Shown here piece by piece: positions 17,193 to 25,983 of a stretch of DNA of 64,000 nt; within the stretch, counting starts at the first letter, position 1; each line of letters opens with the position of its first letter. A program made the translations under genes and the position numbers. This DNA comes from a virus (Duplodnaviria > Heunggongvirae > Uroviricota > Caudoviricetes). Where the stretch lies: the IMG/VR virus record IMGVR_UViG_3300021426_000080, positions 27,744 through 91,743 of that record. One strand, 5' to 3'. Below the pieces are notes generated by a model. It did not search any database. It was not told where the DNA came from and worked only from the letters and a program-made list of their open reading frames with translations.

Positions 17193-17307
17193 GCCTCCAA
17201 GTTAAACTATTCTAATCGCACAGTTATATTTCAAATCTGAAATACGTTTTCGTCATTCAAATCTGAAAGGATTCTTTCAAACTGGAAACAAGTTGTAACA
17301 AACATGA

Positions 17308-17335
17308 TTTACATTCGACTTTCTCGTGATATACT
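17308..17335 (+). promoter_or_regulatory. host sigma-A-like promoter (TTTACA-N16-TGaTATACT extended -10)
   Basis: Consensus-like -35 and an extended TG -10. Preceded by direct repeats (T/A)TTCAAATCTGAAA at 17231 and 17264. Confidence 0.5.
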
Positions 17336-17379
17336 GTATTTGCTGGCCAGCAATCAACTGTAAAAAGGAGATTGCAGCA

Positions 17380-17655
17380 ATGAAAGTGATATTTTCGGAT
17401 GAAGAGAAGCGTATGGATCGGTTTGATGCCATCCTATGTGAGTATTGTCGGCATTATAGGAAATCCGTGGAAACTGTTGCCCAAAAAGCCGGGTGCAGCA
17501 CAGCAAGCTTATGGAGATATCGTACTCAGGTCGAATCGTTTCGAAAGGCACCACTCGGAGTTATTGCCAACTGTTTAAGGCTTACGAATGTTTCGAACCA
17601 GGATCTTCGTTATATCCTAGGCCTTCCGACGGGTAAAGCCGAAAATGAAAACTGA
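17380..17655 (+). CDS. putative HTH transcriptional regulator (92 aa)
   Basis: RBS AAAAAGGAG. Probable HTH VETVAQKAGCSTASLWRY. Confidence 0.45.
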   Translation: MKVIFSDEEKRMDRFDAILCEYCRHYRKSVETVAQKAGCSTASLWRYRTQVESFRKAPLGVIANCLRLTNVSNQDLRYILGLPTGKAENEN

Positions 17656-17944
17656 ATACACATTGAGTAAGCATCGCTTTTATGAGCTTAAACACTTCTG
17701 TCTCCAATACCCGGAATGGAAGAAGTTATATTCTCAGCTGGACGGCTGGGATGGTAAAGGCGACACGACTTCTCGAGATGGGATCAAGCGTGCTGATATT
17801 CGTCGCAATGTAGAACTGATCGAATACTGCGCCATGATTACAGACCGTGATATTCTTCGGTATGTAACTGAAGGGATTAGTCTACCCGTTGAGCTAAGGT
17901 ATTCTTATAAAATATTCTTCTGGGAATTGAGTAAACGACGGTGA
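17645..17944 (+). CDS. hypothetical regulator-like protein (99 aa), co-transcribed with 17380..17655
   Basis: Overlapping start (translationally coupled). Immediately precedes the first phage-motif promoter. Confidence 0.4.
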   Translation: MKTEYTLSKHRFYELKHFCLQYPEWKKLYSQLDGWDGKGDTTSRDGIKRADIRRNVELIEYCAMITDRDILRYVTEGISLPVELRYSYKIFFWELSKRR

Positions 17945-17953
17945 TATTTTGGA

Positions 17954-17979
17954 TTCGCAAAATATTCAACTCCTATAAT
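17954..17979 (+). promoter_or_regulatory. phage promoter motif TTCGCAA-N13-TATAAT
   Basis: TTCGCAAAATATTCAACTCCTATAATGGAG. Confidence 0.55.
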
Positions 17980-18023
17980 GGAGAGTTTGACTAACTCGAA
18001 ATTAATAAAAAGGGGTTGTAGTA

Positions 18024-18269
18024 ATGGTATTTAGAGTATTAACACCGAAAGAAGAAACTGCTGCCACTAACACAGCTAAGGCACTCAAATCGATGGGGAT
18101 CAAGATCGTTGATTTATTGGAGTCGTCAATGGTCGATTCGAAATCTGGAGAATCCGTATACGATGTGTTTGCGTTGGTATGCAAGACAAATCGATTAAAG
18201 TACAAATACTTACTTAAGCATTCGAAATACTCCCAGATTATTTGGGAAGGAGTTAAAACTCTTATATGA
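18024..18269 (+). CDS. hypothetical protein (81 aa)
   Basis: RBS AAAAGGGG. Confidence 0.45.
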   Translation: MVFRVLTPKEETAATNTAKALKSMGIKIVDLLESSMVDSKSGESVYDVFALVCKTNRLKYKYLLKHSKYSQIIWEGVKTLI

Positions 18270-18309
18270 TTTAAGAATAAAGATCGTTAAGAAATCAGCG
18301 GTCTTTATT

Positions 18310-18335
18310 TTCGCAAAATATTCAACTCCTATAAT
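18310..18335 (+). promoter_or_regulatory. phage promoter motif TTCGCAA-N13-TATAAT
   Basis: TTCGCAAAATATTCAACTCCTATAATGG, identical to 17954 over 26 nt. Confidence 0.55.
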
Positions 18336-18386
18336 GGTGGACCAATAAATGTGTCTCCAATTTTATATTTTTAGGAGGAATTCAAC

Positions 18387-18650
18387 ATGGTAAAAATTGG
18401 CGAACTGGCGATGGCGGTTGGAAGAAAGGTTCTCAACAAACTTCCGAACAAGAAGTACTGGAATACATATGCTGACTATGGTGATCGAATTGTTTATGAT
18501 AAAGACGTTTATGAATACATCATGAAGCATATGCATTTTCTCGATAAACTTGATATCCGGAAAATTGTTGAGGCCGCGTTTCTGTCTGTTGGCATTCTGA
18601 ATGGGGCAGTTGAAGAACCTAAAGAAAAGGATTGGAAATTCGAATGGTAA
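18387..18650 (+). CDS. hypothetical protein (87 aa)
   Basis: RBS TTAGGAGGAA. Confidence 0.45.
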   Translation: MVKIGELAMAVGRKVLNKLPNKKYWNTYADYGDRIVYDKDVYEYIMKHMHFLDKLDIRKIVEAAFLSVGILNGAVEEPKEKDWKFEW

Positions 18651-18661
18651 CCGAAAAGATT

Positions 18662-18692
18662 GACTGCTGATTATTCAGCGGTCTTTCTTTTT
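18662..18692 (+). terminator. rho-independent terminator
   Basis: GACTGCTGA-TTAT-TCAGCGGTC followed by a T-rich run. Confidence 0.55.
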
Positions 18693-18714
18693 ATATTTTT
18701 ATAGGAGGCAAATA

Positions 18715-19176
18715 ATGGAAATTCAAGAACGAATCCAAGAATCGAAATGCCCGCTTATCATGGATCTCATGCATTCGGAATTCGAAAAGAAGATGGCAGC
18801 TTTCGTTTCTATTCCGGTTACACAATTTCCGTCGAATGAACAAATCCAAAAATTCGATGAAATGATAGATCAAAAGCTCAGGCAATATTTTCTAGAGCTT
18901 AAGATGATCTGCGATTATTACAAAGATACGTTTATCGAACTTAAAAATGAACAGGAGTTTATCGGACAGAAACAGGGGCTTCTCATTCGCTTAGTCGGTA
19001 TTGAAACAGAAAAGAATGCAACAGCGCTTTTAAATAGTGGATCCGATATTCAAAGAATTGATTCCGAATTAGTCAATATTCTTGGCCGGTATTATGTTTG
19101 GAAAGATTCCATTATTAAATATTATGATCTTTCAGAGGATGAAGAAAGCGATAATGAGAATGATGAAGACTTCTGA
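18715..19176 (+). CDS. hypothetical acidic protein (153 aa)
   Basis: RBS ATAGGAGG. Confidence 0.45.
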   Translation: MEIQERIQESKCPLIMDLMHSEFEKKMAAFVSIPVTQFPSNEQIQKFDEMIDQKLRQYFLELKMICDYYKDTFIELKNEQEFIGQKQGLLIRLVGIETEKNATALLNSGSDIQRIDSELVNILGRYYVWKDSIIKYYDLSEDEESDNENDEDF

Positions 19177-19235
19177 TCGCAAATTAAACAAGCCTATTAG
19201 TGGAACAATTAAAATCTAGAAAGGGGCATGTATTT

Positions 19236-19685
19236 ATGGACAACGATAAAATCACTGCCGAGATCAACAAAATTCAAGGGATGCTGGAAAAGTGTGATCC
19301 TGTGGAAGAGCGTTATAATATTTTGCTCGGGGTTCTTGCTAGACTCGCAAAGATGAAGTCTGATAACGATGAAGCCTGCGACAAGCAGAATGAACGTCAG
19401 GACAAACTAAGTCTTGAACGCGAAAAACTCCTGAAAGAGTTGGAGCTTAAAACAAAAGAGCTCGAACTCAAGTATGGAATCGAAGCGAAAAAGCTTGAGA
19501 GAGATAATGGCGAAGCTGCAAATCGCAGGCGCGAAGAAAGGCGTCATGCTATATGGGATATTATCAAGATCCTGGCACAGATTATCGGCTCTATCGCTGT
19601 GATCATTGTAACCGGTAAAGTTGAAGAGAATGTTCTGATCGGCAATCACAAGTGGTCCGTGATTCAGAAGCTTTTTAAGATGTAA
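19236..19685 (+). CDS. coiled-coil protein with C-terminal TM anchor
   Basis: RBS GAAAGGGG before ATG 19236. C-terminal TM IIKILAQIIGSIAVIIV. Confidence 0.45.
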   Translation: MDNDKITAEINKIQGMLEKCDPVEERYNILLGVLARLAKMKSDNDEACDKQNERQDKLSLEREKLLKELELKTKELELKYGIEAKKLERDNGEAANRRREERRHAIWDIIKILAQIIGSIAVIIVTGKVEENVLIGNHKWSVIQKLFKM

Positions 19686-19691
19686 TTATCG

Positions 19692-19739
19692 CAAAAGAAT
19701 AAGGTGCGTGATATTCACAATCCTTATTCTTTTTCGCAA
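19692..19739 (+). terminator. terminator hairpin; 48-nt unit identical to 20485..20532, fused to promoter motif
   Basis: AAGAATAAGG-N16-CCTTATTCTT then TTTT, then TCGCAA. Confidence 0.7.
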
Positions 19740-19772
19740 TTTATACAGCCTCTTTATTGAGGAGGTGGTTGC

Positions 19773-19880
19773 TTGACGAGTGATCAAGACAGGTATGAAA
19801 CTTTGGCCGACACGGCGATGATGCTGTTATTGTTGGTGATGTTTCTACCAATCAAAAAGATCCTAGACCAGGCATTGTAA
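19773..19880 (+). CDS. possible small hydrophobic peptide (35 aa, TTG start)
   Basis: GAGGAGG 8 nt upstream of TTG. MMLLLLVMFLPI TM-like segment. Weak. Confidence 0.2.
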   Translation: MTSDQDRYETLADTAMMLLLLVMFLPIKKILDQAL

Positions 19881-19944
19881 CCAGAAAGGAGAGCCCTTCG
19901 TTATGAGGGACTCTTCTTTATATTTTTGAAAGGAGAATAAAATC

Positions 19945-20220
19945 ATGGAAGAAAAGATTAAGGACTATATTCTGAAACAGTACGAATCGATTGGGAATTT
20001 GCACAAAATACTTAATGACATTAATGAGTATGTTGCAGAAATGATTACTAAATCTCAGGGCCCTGGTAATCCAAACGGACAGTTATGTCTCATGACTATC
20101 GAGTGCGATGAAAGATATCGTGGAGATTGGCTTTATGCAAATGGCCTTGAAATGTCCTCGGAAGAACGCAATATGTGGAAGCAACTTTCGGAAGAAGTAG
20201 CTAGCATGTTCCGCACATAA
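19945..20220 (+). CDS. hypothetical protein (91 aa)
   Basis: RBS GAAAGGAGAA. Confidence 0.45.
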   Translation: MEEKIKDYILKQYESIGNLHKILNDINEYVAEMITKSQGPGNPNGQLCLMTIECDERYRGDWLYANGLEMSSEERNMWKQLSEEVASMFRT

Positions 20221-20266
20221 AACAGTTCTTATAATGGACAAAAGCCTATTATAAGGAGGATTTAAA

Positions 20267-20482
20267 ATGGACGAAATCAATATCAGAACTGGATTTTTTC
20301 AAGGAATTATTGTCAAAGTAATAAAGAAGGTAATTAGACAGAAGACTGGCTATAATCCAGAGCTTCGGTTTAATGACCCAATTCAAGTGAATTTTGACGG
20401 TGATAAAGTGAAAGTACATCTGAATCTTGATGTTGAACTCGGAAAGGATGATCTTCAGAAAATACTGAAGAATCTTGTCTAA
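20267..20482 (+). CDS. hypothetical protein (71 aa)
   Basis: RBS ATAAGGAGGA. Confidence 0.45.
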   Translation: MDEINIRTGFFQGIIVKVIKKVIRQKTGYNPELRFNDPIQVNFDGDKVKVHLNLDVELGKDDLQKILKNLV

Positions 20483-20484
20483 AA

Positions 20485-20532
20485 CAAAAGAATAAGGTGC
20501 GTGATATTCACAATCCTTATTCTTTTTCGCAA
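20485..20532 (+). terminator. terminator hairpin; exact repeat of 19692..19739
   Basis: Identical 48-nt sequence. Confidence 0.7.
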
Positions 20533-20770
20533 GAAAAACAATGCTTATAACGGAGAGGTCATGTAAGACCTTTTAACGTATAATGAGAGTGGAATTCCTG
20601 GGTTATGCCGGGGCGGTTGAGATACTGCAACCACGCGAATAGTTCAATAGTAGAACGCTCATGACGCTGAGTCAAATGAGAGACACCTGTTTGAAGCGGG
20701 CAATCCTTATATTTTTATCGCAAGAATTACATGGTTTTTAATAGAGAAATCAGAAAGGAGATAAATTTAT

Positions 20771-21133
20771 ATGATTCAAAACATTTTAAAGGTAAGCGCT
20801 AAGGGATGGAAAGTTCTGCTTAAAAATCATGCAGGCGATATCGTAATCTTGACTGCTGGCGGAAGCGCTATTTACGGTATACTGAAAGTATGCAATGATG
20901 TATGCCGTGAAGCAGATAAGCTAAGGCGGGAAGGCGATAAACAAATTGCGGAGTATAAAAGAAAACTTGAAGAAATCATGGAAGAGACGCACGAGGAAAT
21001 TAAAAGACGTGAATCATTTAAAGAAACAATTGATGAAATAGAAAAGAGTAACGAAGAAACGGCTCATAATATTGAACAAGCCAAGGAAACTCAAAGCGAA
21101 CTCGAAGAGCTACTGAGAGAATTGGATAAGTAA
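20771..21133 (+). CDS. coiled-coil protein (120 aa)
   Basis: RBS GAAAGGAGAT. Confidence 0.45.
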   Translation: MIQNILKVSAKGWKVLLKNHAGDIVILTAGGSAIYGILKVCNDVCREADKLRREGDKQIAEYKRKLEEIMEETHEEIKRRESFKETIDEIEKSNEETAHNIEQAKETQSELEELLRELDK

Positions 21134-21137
21134 TATT

Positions 21138-21165
21138 AGAGGACTAACTTCGGTCCTCTTTTTTC
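21138..21165 (+). terminator. rho-independent terminator
   Basis: AGAGGAC-TAACTTCG-GTCCTCT followed by T6. Confidence 0.65.
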
Positions 21166-21225
21166 TCGCATTATTTACAGCGCCTTTAATGGAAAGTTTT
21201 GTACTAAATGAAAGGAGCTTTAAAA

Positions 21226-21402
21226 ATGTTCGAAAAAACTTATAAGATTATTATTTTTTATGACTGCGGAGTAAGAAGAATTAGTCACTTAAAAGGCACG
21301 AGAAGTATGATCAAAAAGGATCTTGAATATTATAAAAGCAAAGCGGATTGGTATGAAGAATTCAAAGATGTAATGGTAATGACAACGAATCAACCGGTGT
21401 AA
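21226..21402 (+). CDS. hypothetical protein (58 aa)
   Basis: RBS AAAGGAG 7 nt upstream of ATG 21226. Confidence 0.4.
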   Translation: MFEKTYKIIIFYDCGVRRISHLKGTRSMIKKDLEYYKSKADWYEEFKDVMVMTTNQPV

Positions 21403-21476
21403 CAGCCGGCTTGATTTTTCTTGTTGTATTTCTCAAATTAAATAATGCTCTTAATGACGAAAGGAGAATTTTACAC

Positions 21477-21671
21477 ATGAAAAAGATCATTTACTACATT
21501 GGAATCTACCATGTTTGTCTTGGTATTCACGAAGGCTTGAAAATCATGCAAGAAGAAATTCGAAAGCATGAGCAAAGCAGAGATTATCGCAGAAAAGGAT
21601 CCATTGGCATTCATCCTGAACCGGTAAAGAAACCGATGAACAAAATCGGATTTGAAATTCCGCAGGCATGA
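21477..21671 (+). CDS. hypothetical protein (64 aa)
   Basis: RBS GAAAGGAGAA. Confidence 0.4.
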   Translation: MKKIIYYIGIYHVCLGIHEGLKIMQEEIRKHEQSRDYRRKGSIGIHPEPVKKPMNKIGFEIPQA

Positions 21672-22003
21672 AGTATTATTATCAAAAACCTGATATTTGC
21701 GTTCGAGTTTTCGGAGAACCGGTTAGCTTAGATCATTCGGTTTATCGTGGTGGAACGTTATATTTTGAGCATGGGCGAGGAATTATTATAACGCAGAAAA
21801 AATTCGATTCAAAACGAAAAGAATGCTCTTGGGACTCTGTTGATCCGTGGATCGCGAATGATATTTACACTTCTCCGAATTTCGTTGAGTTTTTTATCTC
21901 GAATGCAACAGAAAAAGACTACCCGATATTTGAACTCAGAAAAATTATGTGGGCTTTACGAATGAAGCCTTTGAAGAAAGAAGATTGGGAGTTATATTTT
22001 TGA
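21668..22003 (+). CDS. hypothetical protein (111 aa)
   Basis: ATGA overlap with the upstream gene. Confidence 0.45.
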   Translation: MKYYYQKPDICVRVFGEPVSLDHSVYRGGTLYFEHGRGIIITQKKFDSKRKECSWDSVDPWIANDIYTSPNFVEFFISNATEKDYPIFELRKIMWALRMKPLKKEDWELYF

Positions 22004-22122
22004 AACTCGCAAATTAAACAGCCTCTTTAATAGGGAGGTGGAGCTCGAACTAACAAGCAAAGACAAAACGTTAGTCCGGGTTCCTTTTTTTATGTCTAAA
22101 AACTTAAGGAAAGGAGAAGAGT

Positions 22123-22452
22123 ATGGTAACGATTGATGGATTAAGGGATATTACACAAAACTATTTAGATGAACTTAAGTACACGCATCCATTCGTCAAC
22201 AGTGATAAGTTTATTGACAATTCATATGCAAAGTGGGCATGCACGGAAATTCTTAAGGAGATCGATAAGGCGAACGATCTTCCTTTTCATTTGACGCCAA
22301 TCGAACTTCTTGAGGCGTTTTCTAATAAGATGCAAAGCTATGCGTTTATGAATTCTAAGAATTCTCTTGGGTTTACAATCGCGAAAGAAACCGCGGAATA
22401 TTTAATTGAAGAGTGTTGGGTTAGTGAATGGCGCAAAACTAGACGACGCTGA
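22123..22452 (+). CDS. hypothetical protein (109 aa)
   Basis: RBS GGAAAGGAGAAG. Confidence 0.45.
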   Translation: MVTIDGLRDITQNYLDELKYTHPFVNSDKFIDNSYAKWACTEILKEIDKANDLPFHLTPIELLEAFSNKMQSYAFMNSKNSLGFTIAKETAEYLIEECWVSEWRKTRRR

Positions 22453-22474
22453 TTTTTTTTGAAAGGAGAACGAC

Positions 22475-22741
22475 ATGTGCAAATACTGTAAGCAAATCAT
22501 GCCAGACTATGACGATGATGAATTTGAAGATCTTATTCAAATTCCAGTCGTTCATGGCATCGGAGATTTTGTTACACACGCAGATGACGAATGTCGCGAC
22601 GAAATTGATATTTGTATAGAAGATGAAAAATTGGCCGTTTTCGTATGGCTTGGCGGAGATTGCGAGATGGTAGCAAGCCTTCCAATCGAATACTGCCCGG
22701 TTTGCGGCCAGAAACTCAGTGATTTTATTTCGCAAAAATAA
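22475..22741 (+). CDS. zinc-ribbon protein (88 aa)
   Basis: RBS GAAAGGAGAA. CKYCKQ...CPVCGQ. Confidence 0.45.
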   Translation: MCKYCKQIMPDYDDDEFEDLIQIPVVHGIGDFVTHADDECRDEIDICIEDEKLAVFVWLGGDCEMVASLPIEYCPVCGQKLSDFISQK

Positions 22742-22784
22742 CAGCTTCTTTAATAGAAGATATTAAATTATGGAGGTAATGTTT

Positions 22785-23084
22785 ATGAACGAACGGAAGT
22801 ATGTTGTTATTGCATCGTATGCGCTTTCCGGGGCATTTATGATGAATCTTCTTGGCATTGCGAATTGCTGGCCACAGGCTTTCCGGCTTATCGACGGATG
22901 CGACTACAAGAAAGTCGTAGATGAAGAAGTAGACGGAGCTTGGTCTGAGTATCGCATCCCAAGTAAGAGTTTTAGCACAGAAAGCAACGGAAAAGTATCG
23001 TATACTGAAACGCATGATTTCAAATGCGAAGACGATTCAGAGGCAATGGAGACTTCAGTGATGTTTACTATCTTCGAATACTAA
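22785..23084 (+). CDS. hypothetical protein with N-terminal hydrophobic segment
   Basis: RBS GGAGG 8 nt upstream of ATG 22785. Confidence 0.4.
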   Translation: MNERKYVVIASYALSGAFMMNLLGIANCWPQAFRLIDGCDYKKVVDEEVDGAWSEYRIPSKSFSTESNGKVSYTETHDFKCEDDSEAMETSVMFTIFEY

Positions 23085-23090
23085 GCATAA

Positions 23091-23120
23091 AGGAGCTTGT
23101 AATTCACAGGCTCCTTTATA
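23091..23120 (+). terminator. rho-independent terminator
   Basis: AGGAGCTTGT-AATTC-ACAGGCTCCT followed by a T-rich run. Confidence 0.55.
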
Positions 23121-23140
23121 TTTTTTGAAAGGAGAACCGA

Positions 23141-23539
23141 ATGGGCAGAAAATCTAATAAGGAAACATGGAACGAACGTCGGAAATCTCTATTCGTAAAA
23201 GATTTAATGGAACATGCCAGCTTTACTCCCGCTATAGCAGCAGATTATCTTGGCATATCAGAAAACTCTTTTAATTGCAAATTGCATCGCGATAGCTGGT
23301 CTGTTGGCGATCTACAACTGCTCGCATACGCATCTGGGCTTCAATTATGGGCGGTGGATAAAAACGGTCTTCTTTGGAAATCTCTTTCCCTAGAACATTG
23401 GTATCCAGCGGACGCGGAGCAAGTCGATGCGATTCGAAAAAGATACGATGATGAACGAATTAAACAAAAACGCGAGGAATATGAAACGTTAAAGCAAACT
23501 CTGGCAGCGATGAAAGAAACATATGGATTTGAAAATTGA
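23141..23539 (+). CDS. putative HTH DNA-binding protein (132 aa)
   Basis: RBS GAAAGGAGAA. HTH-like TPAIAADYLGISENSFNCKLH. Confidence 0.45.
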   Translation: MGRKSNKETWNERRKSLFVKDLMEHASFTPAIAADYLGISENSFNCKLHRDSWSVGDLQLLAYASGLQLWAVDKNGLLWKSLSLEHWYPADAEQVDAIRKRYDDERIKQKREEYETLKQTLAAMKETYGFEN

Positions 23540-23949
23540 AAGGAGAACTAAACATGAGCAACGACCATGTGATCGATGAAAGAAAAGACGCAATGAAGAG
23601 AGCAGTAGATCTGATTACCGATATGTCGGTTAACGGAGCTACACAGGAGGAACTAGAGCGGGCTATTTTGTGGTCTGCCGATGTCGTTCGTGCCGGAAGG
23701 GAAGATATCGACTGGAAGCAGTCGTATGAGGACTATGCGATTGTTGATCTGGAAGATAAGTATCAGGGAGCGGATCTTAGCGAGTACGACAAAGACTACC
23801 TGGTTATTGATGAAACTTATCGCAGTCCGCGCGGTGATGTCGGAAGAGGACTCATGATTGCCGGTTTCGACACACGAGAAGAAGCTGAGGCTCTTGTTAA
23901 AGAAATGAATAGTCCGAATCTTGTTATTCTGGGACCGAAACAGAAGTAA
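23536..23949 (+). CDS. hypothetical protein (137 aa)
   Basis: RBS GAAAGGAGAA. Confidence 0.45.
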   Translation: MKGELNMSNDHVIDERKDAMKRAVDLITDMSVNGATQEELERAILWSADVVRAGREDIDWKQSYEDYAIVDLEDKYQGADLSEYDKDYLVIDETYRSPRGDVGRGLMIAGFDTREEAEALVKEMNSPNLVILGPKQK

Positions 23950-23967
23950 CGTGGAAGGAGAGTTGTA

Positions 23968-24459
23968 ATGAGCATTTATCAGATCGCAGCGTTTATTGGC
24001 GTTGGTTATATTTTGAAGGATAAAATCGGAAACACATCCACGAGATATTCTCGCAGTAATCCTGTAAAGGATAAAGTATATCAGATTATAACGGATAAAT
24101 TAGATCTGATATTTTATGGAAATTGTCTATGGAGACCGGTGATGTCTGGAAAAACTTTATATGGTTATGGTAATACAACAAGAAGATATTACCCGGTAAA
24201 AGACAACTATCCAATAGTCGATATTTACTTCAACACCAAATTTGAAGCGGAAAATGTTCTCGACAATCTGAGAGAACAAATTGAACGATATAATTTCGTT
24301 TCGGTCGAGGACTATTATCACATGTGCGGAACTATAGGTAAATTTACAGATCGGTATTATGGATGGGAAGATCTTGACGATGCAAAAATTGATTATAAAA
24401 ACGGCCGTTATCATTTGATTTTAACCGCTACGGAAAGACAAGGTGATTTAAATGCTTAA
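23968..24459 (+). CDS. hypothetical protein (163 aa)
   Basis: RBS GGAAGGAGAG. Confidence 0.45.
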   Translation: MSIYQIAAFIGVGYILKDKIGNTSTRYSRSNPVKDKVYQIITDKLDLIFYGNCLWRPVMSGKTLYGYGNTTRRYYPVKDNYPIVDIYFNTKFEAENVLDNLREQIERYNFVSVEDYYHMCGTIGKFTDRYYGWEDLDDAKIDYKNGRYHLILTATERQGDLNA

Positions 24460-24739
24460 ACGAATCATCTGTGCGCTACTCTGCGTGATATTTGCGTTCT
24501 TTCTCATTGGCTGTAATACGAGAACGGAGCGTACGAAATTTGAACGAGTAGATGAGAAACCGCAGCAACCGGTCTCAATGTTTATTGTCATCGAAGGAGG
24601 CGGACTTGACTCATATCGAATCGTATATCATCGCGATACTAAAGTCATGTACGCTGTTTCCACCGGTACCTATAATAGTGGAAATTTTACGGCGCTGCTC
24701 AATCCTGATGGAAGTCCGATGCTTTGGGAGGGAGATTAA
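24452..24739 (+). CDS. small lipoprotein (95 aa) - candidate superinfection-exclusion factor
   Basis: Signal peptide with lipobox: MLKRIICALLCVIFAFFLIGC. Confidence 0.5.
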   Translation: MLKRIICALLCVIFAFFLIGCNTRTERTKFERVDEKPQQPVSMFIVIEGGGLDSYRIVYHRDTKVMYAVSTGTYNSGNFTALLNPDGSPMLWEGD

Positions 24740-25255
24740 ATGATTCCATGCCCGAATGCTTATGATATTTTACTTCGGACCATTATGGATCCTGTTGACA
24801 GAGATTATCTGGAAAGTTTCATTGGGCGCATATGCCTCGGAGATTACGACAGTGTTCCTAAATATACTGTGCTTTACGGAAAGGCAGGTACCGGGAAATC
24901 AACGATCTTAAATGCCTTGGTTCGGATATTCGGAGAAGGTAAAATTTCTTACGGCGCTGAAATGGCTAAACTTGCGCATTCTCCGATTATTATTATCCAA
25001 GACGGTAACGTAGATAAAATCGTTGATGAAACTAATAATGATTATTCGCTTAATAAAACTAAGTTCTTTATTGCGACAAACAAACTTCCAAATTATTGGG
25101 AACCGACTGCTCGCGTTTTATGTATGACCGGAGAAAGAATTCCCGTTAAGATATTTATGAATCTAATTTTGCCAAGTCTCTGGGAAATGGTGATCCCATA
25201 TAAGCAGTATTGTATCGATAAAGTATGCGAATATCTGAAAGTAAAAGGAGAATAA
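24740..25255 (+). CDS. P-loop NTPase, stand-alone paralog of the replicase SF3/D5-like helicase core
   Basis: VLYGKAGTGKSTILNALVRIFGEG...IIIQDGNVDKIVDET...FFIATNKLP aligns with the replicase segment VFYGDSGTGKSTILDIIAKMFKG...AIQQDGDLSKIEDN...LFMGTNKPV. Confidence 0.55.
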   Translation: MIPCPNAYDILLRTIMDPVDRDYLESFIGRICLGDYDSVPKYTVLYGKAGTGKSTILNALVRIFGEGKISYGAEMAKLAHSPIIIIQDGNVDKIVDETNNDYSLNKTKFFIATNKLPNYWEPTARVLCMTGERIPVKIFMNLILPSLWEMVIPYKQYCIDKVCEYLKVKGE

Positions 25256-25258
25256 ATC

Positions 25259-25708
25259 ATGAGCTTTAATCTTAATTATTGGCTTAAAGAAACCGTTGAT
25301 ATTGATGCGGTTCGTGTTCCTGGAGTAACAGCATTTCAGAAAGTTCGTCCAAGAATTGCCTGTAATGATGGGTTTTCTGTATCAGTCCAAGCAAGTGAAT
25401 TCACATACTGTCACCCCAGGTATACACAGTGGCAGAACGAGGACGGATGGCAGGTTATTAATGGCGAATACTGGTTATCGAGCGAAACTCCAAGGAATTT
25501 CGAAACGGATCATTATACACCGTACGAATCTGTCGAGCTTGGATTTCCTTCAGAAGAGGACGAACTTATCAACAAATATGCTGAAGGTGACGATTATACT
25601 AACACTGTTTATGGCTATGTTCCGGTTGATATTGTCGAGAAACTCATTGAAAAACATGGTGGGTTTAAAGGCGTTGATAGAAGCAATAAGAAAGGAGAAA
25701 ACCAATGA
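25259..25708 (+). CDS. hypothetical protein (149 aa)
   Basis: RBS AAAGGAGAA. Confidence 0.45.
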   Translation: MSFNLNYWLKETVDIDAVRVPGVTAFQKVRPRIACNDGFSVSVQASEFTYCHPRYTQWQNEDGWQVINGEYWLSSETPRNFETDHYTPYESVELGFPSEEDELINKYAEGDDYTNTVYGYVPVDIVEKLIEKHGGFKGVDRSNKKGENQ

Positions 25709-25983
25709 ACAAACCATTTGTAATTACTGAAGATGAGTACAACAATGACAAAATGGATTTTGGTAAGAAGGAATTTATTGTTTACGACAATGTATGCACG
25801 CCTCCAATCACTTTGTATACCCTTGACGACAAAAAAATGGAAGGTTTCATCGGCAAAGAACTTCTGACGAAAGCCAGAGAAATGGCGCCAGATGAAAGAA
25901 TGTATGTTAGAAATCCTGAGATGGAAATGGATGTGGAGCTTCTCAGAGCGGAAGGAGACTATTGGAGGAAACTTGAATGGTAA
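25705..25983 (+). CDS. hypothetical protein (92 aa)
   Basis: RBS AAAGGAGAAAA. Overlapping start. Confidence 0.45.
   Translation: MNKPFVITEDEYNNDKMDFGKKEFIVYDNVCTPPITLYTLDDKKMEGFIGKELLTKAREMAPDERMYVRNPEMEMDVELLRAEGDYWRKLEW

Noticed and set aside
20600-20700. Possible tRNA (TAGTTCAATAGTAGAAC resembles a D-arm).
   Set aside because: No acceptable anticodon arm, T-arm or acceptor pairing could be built.
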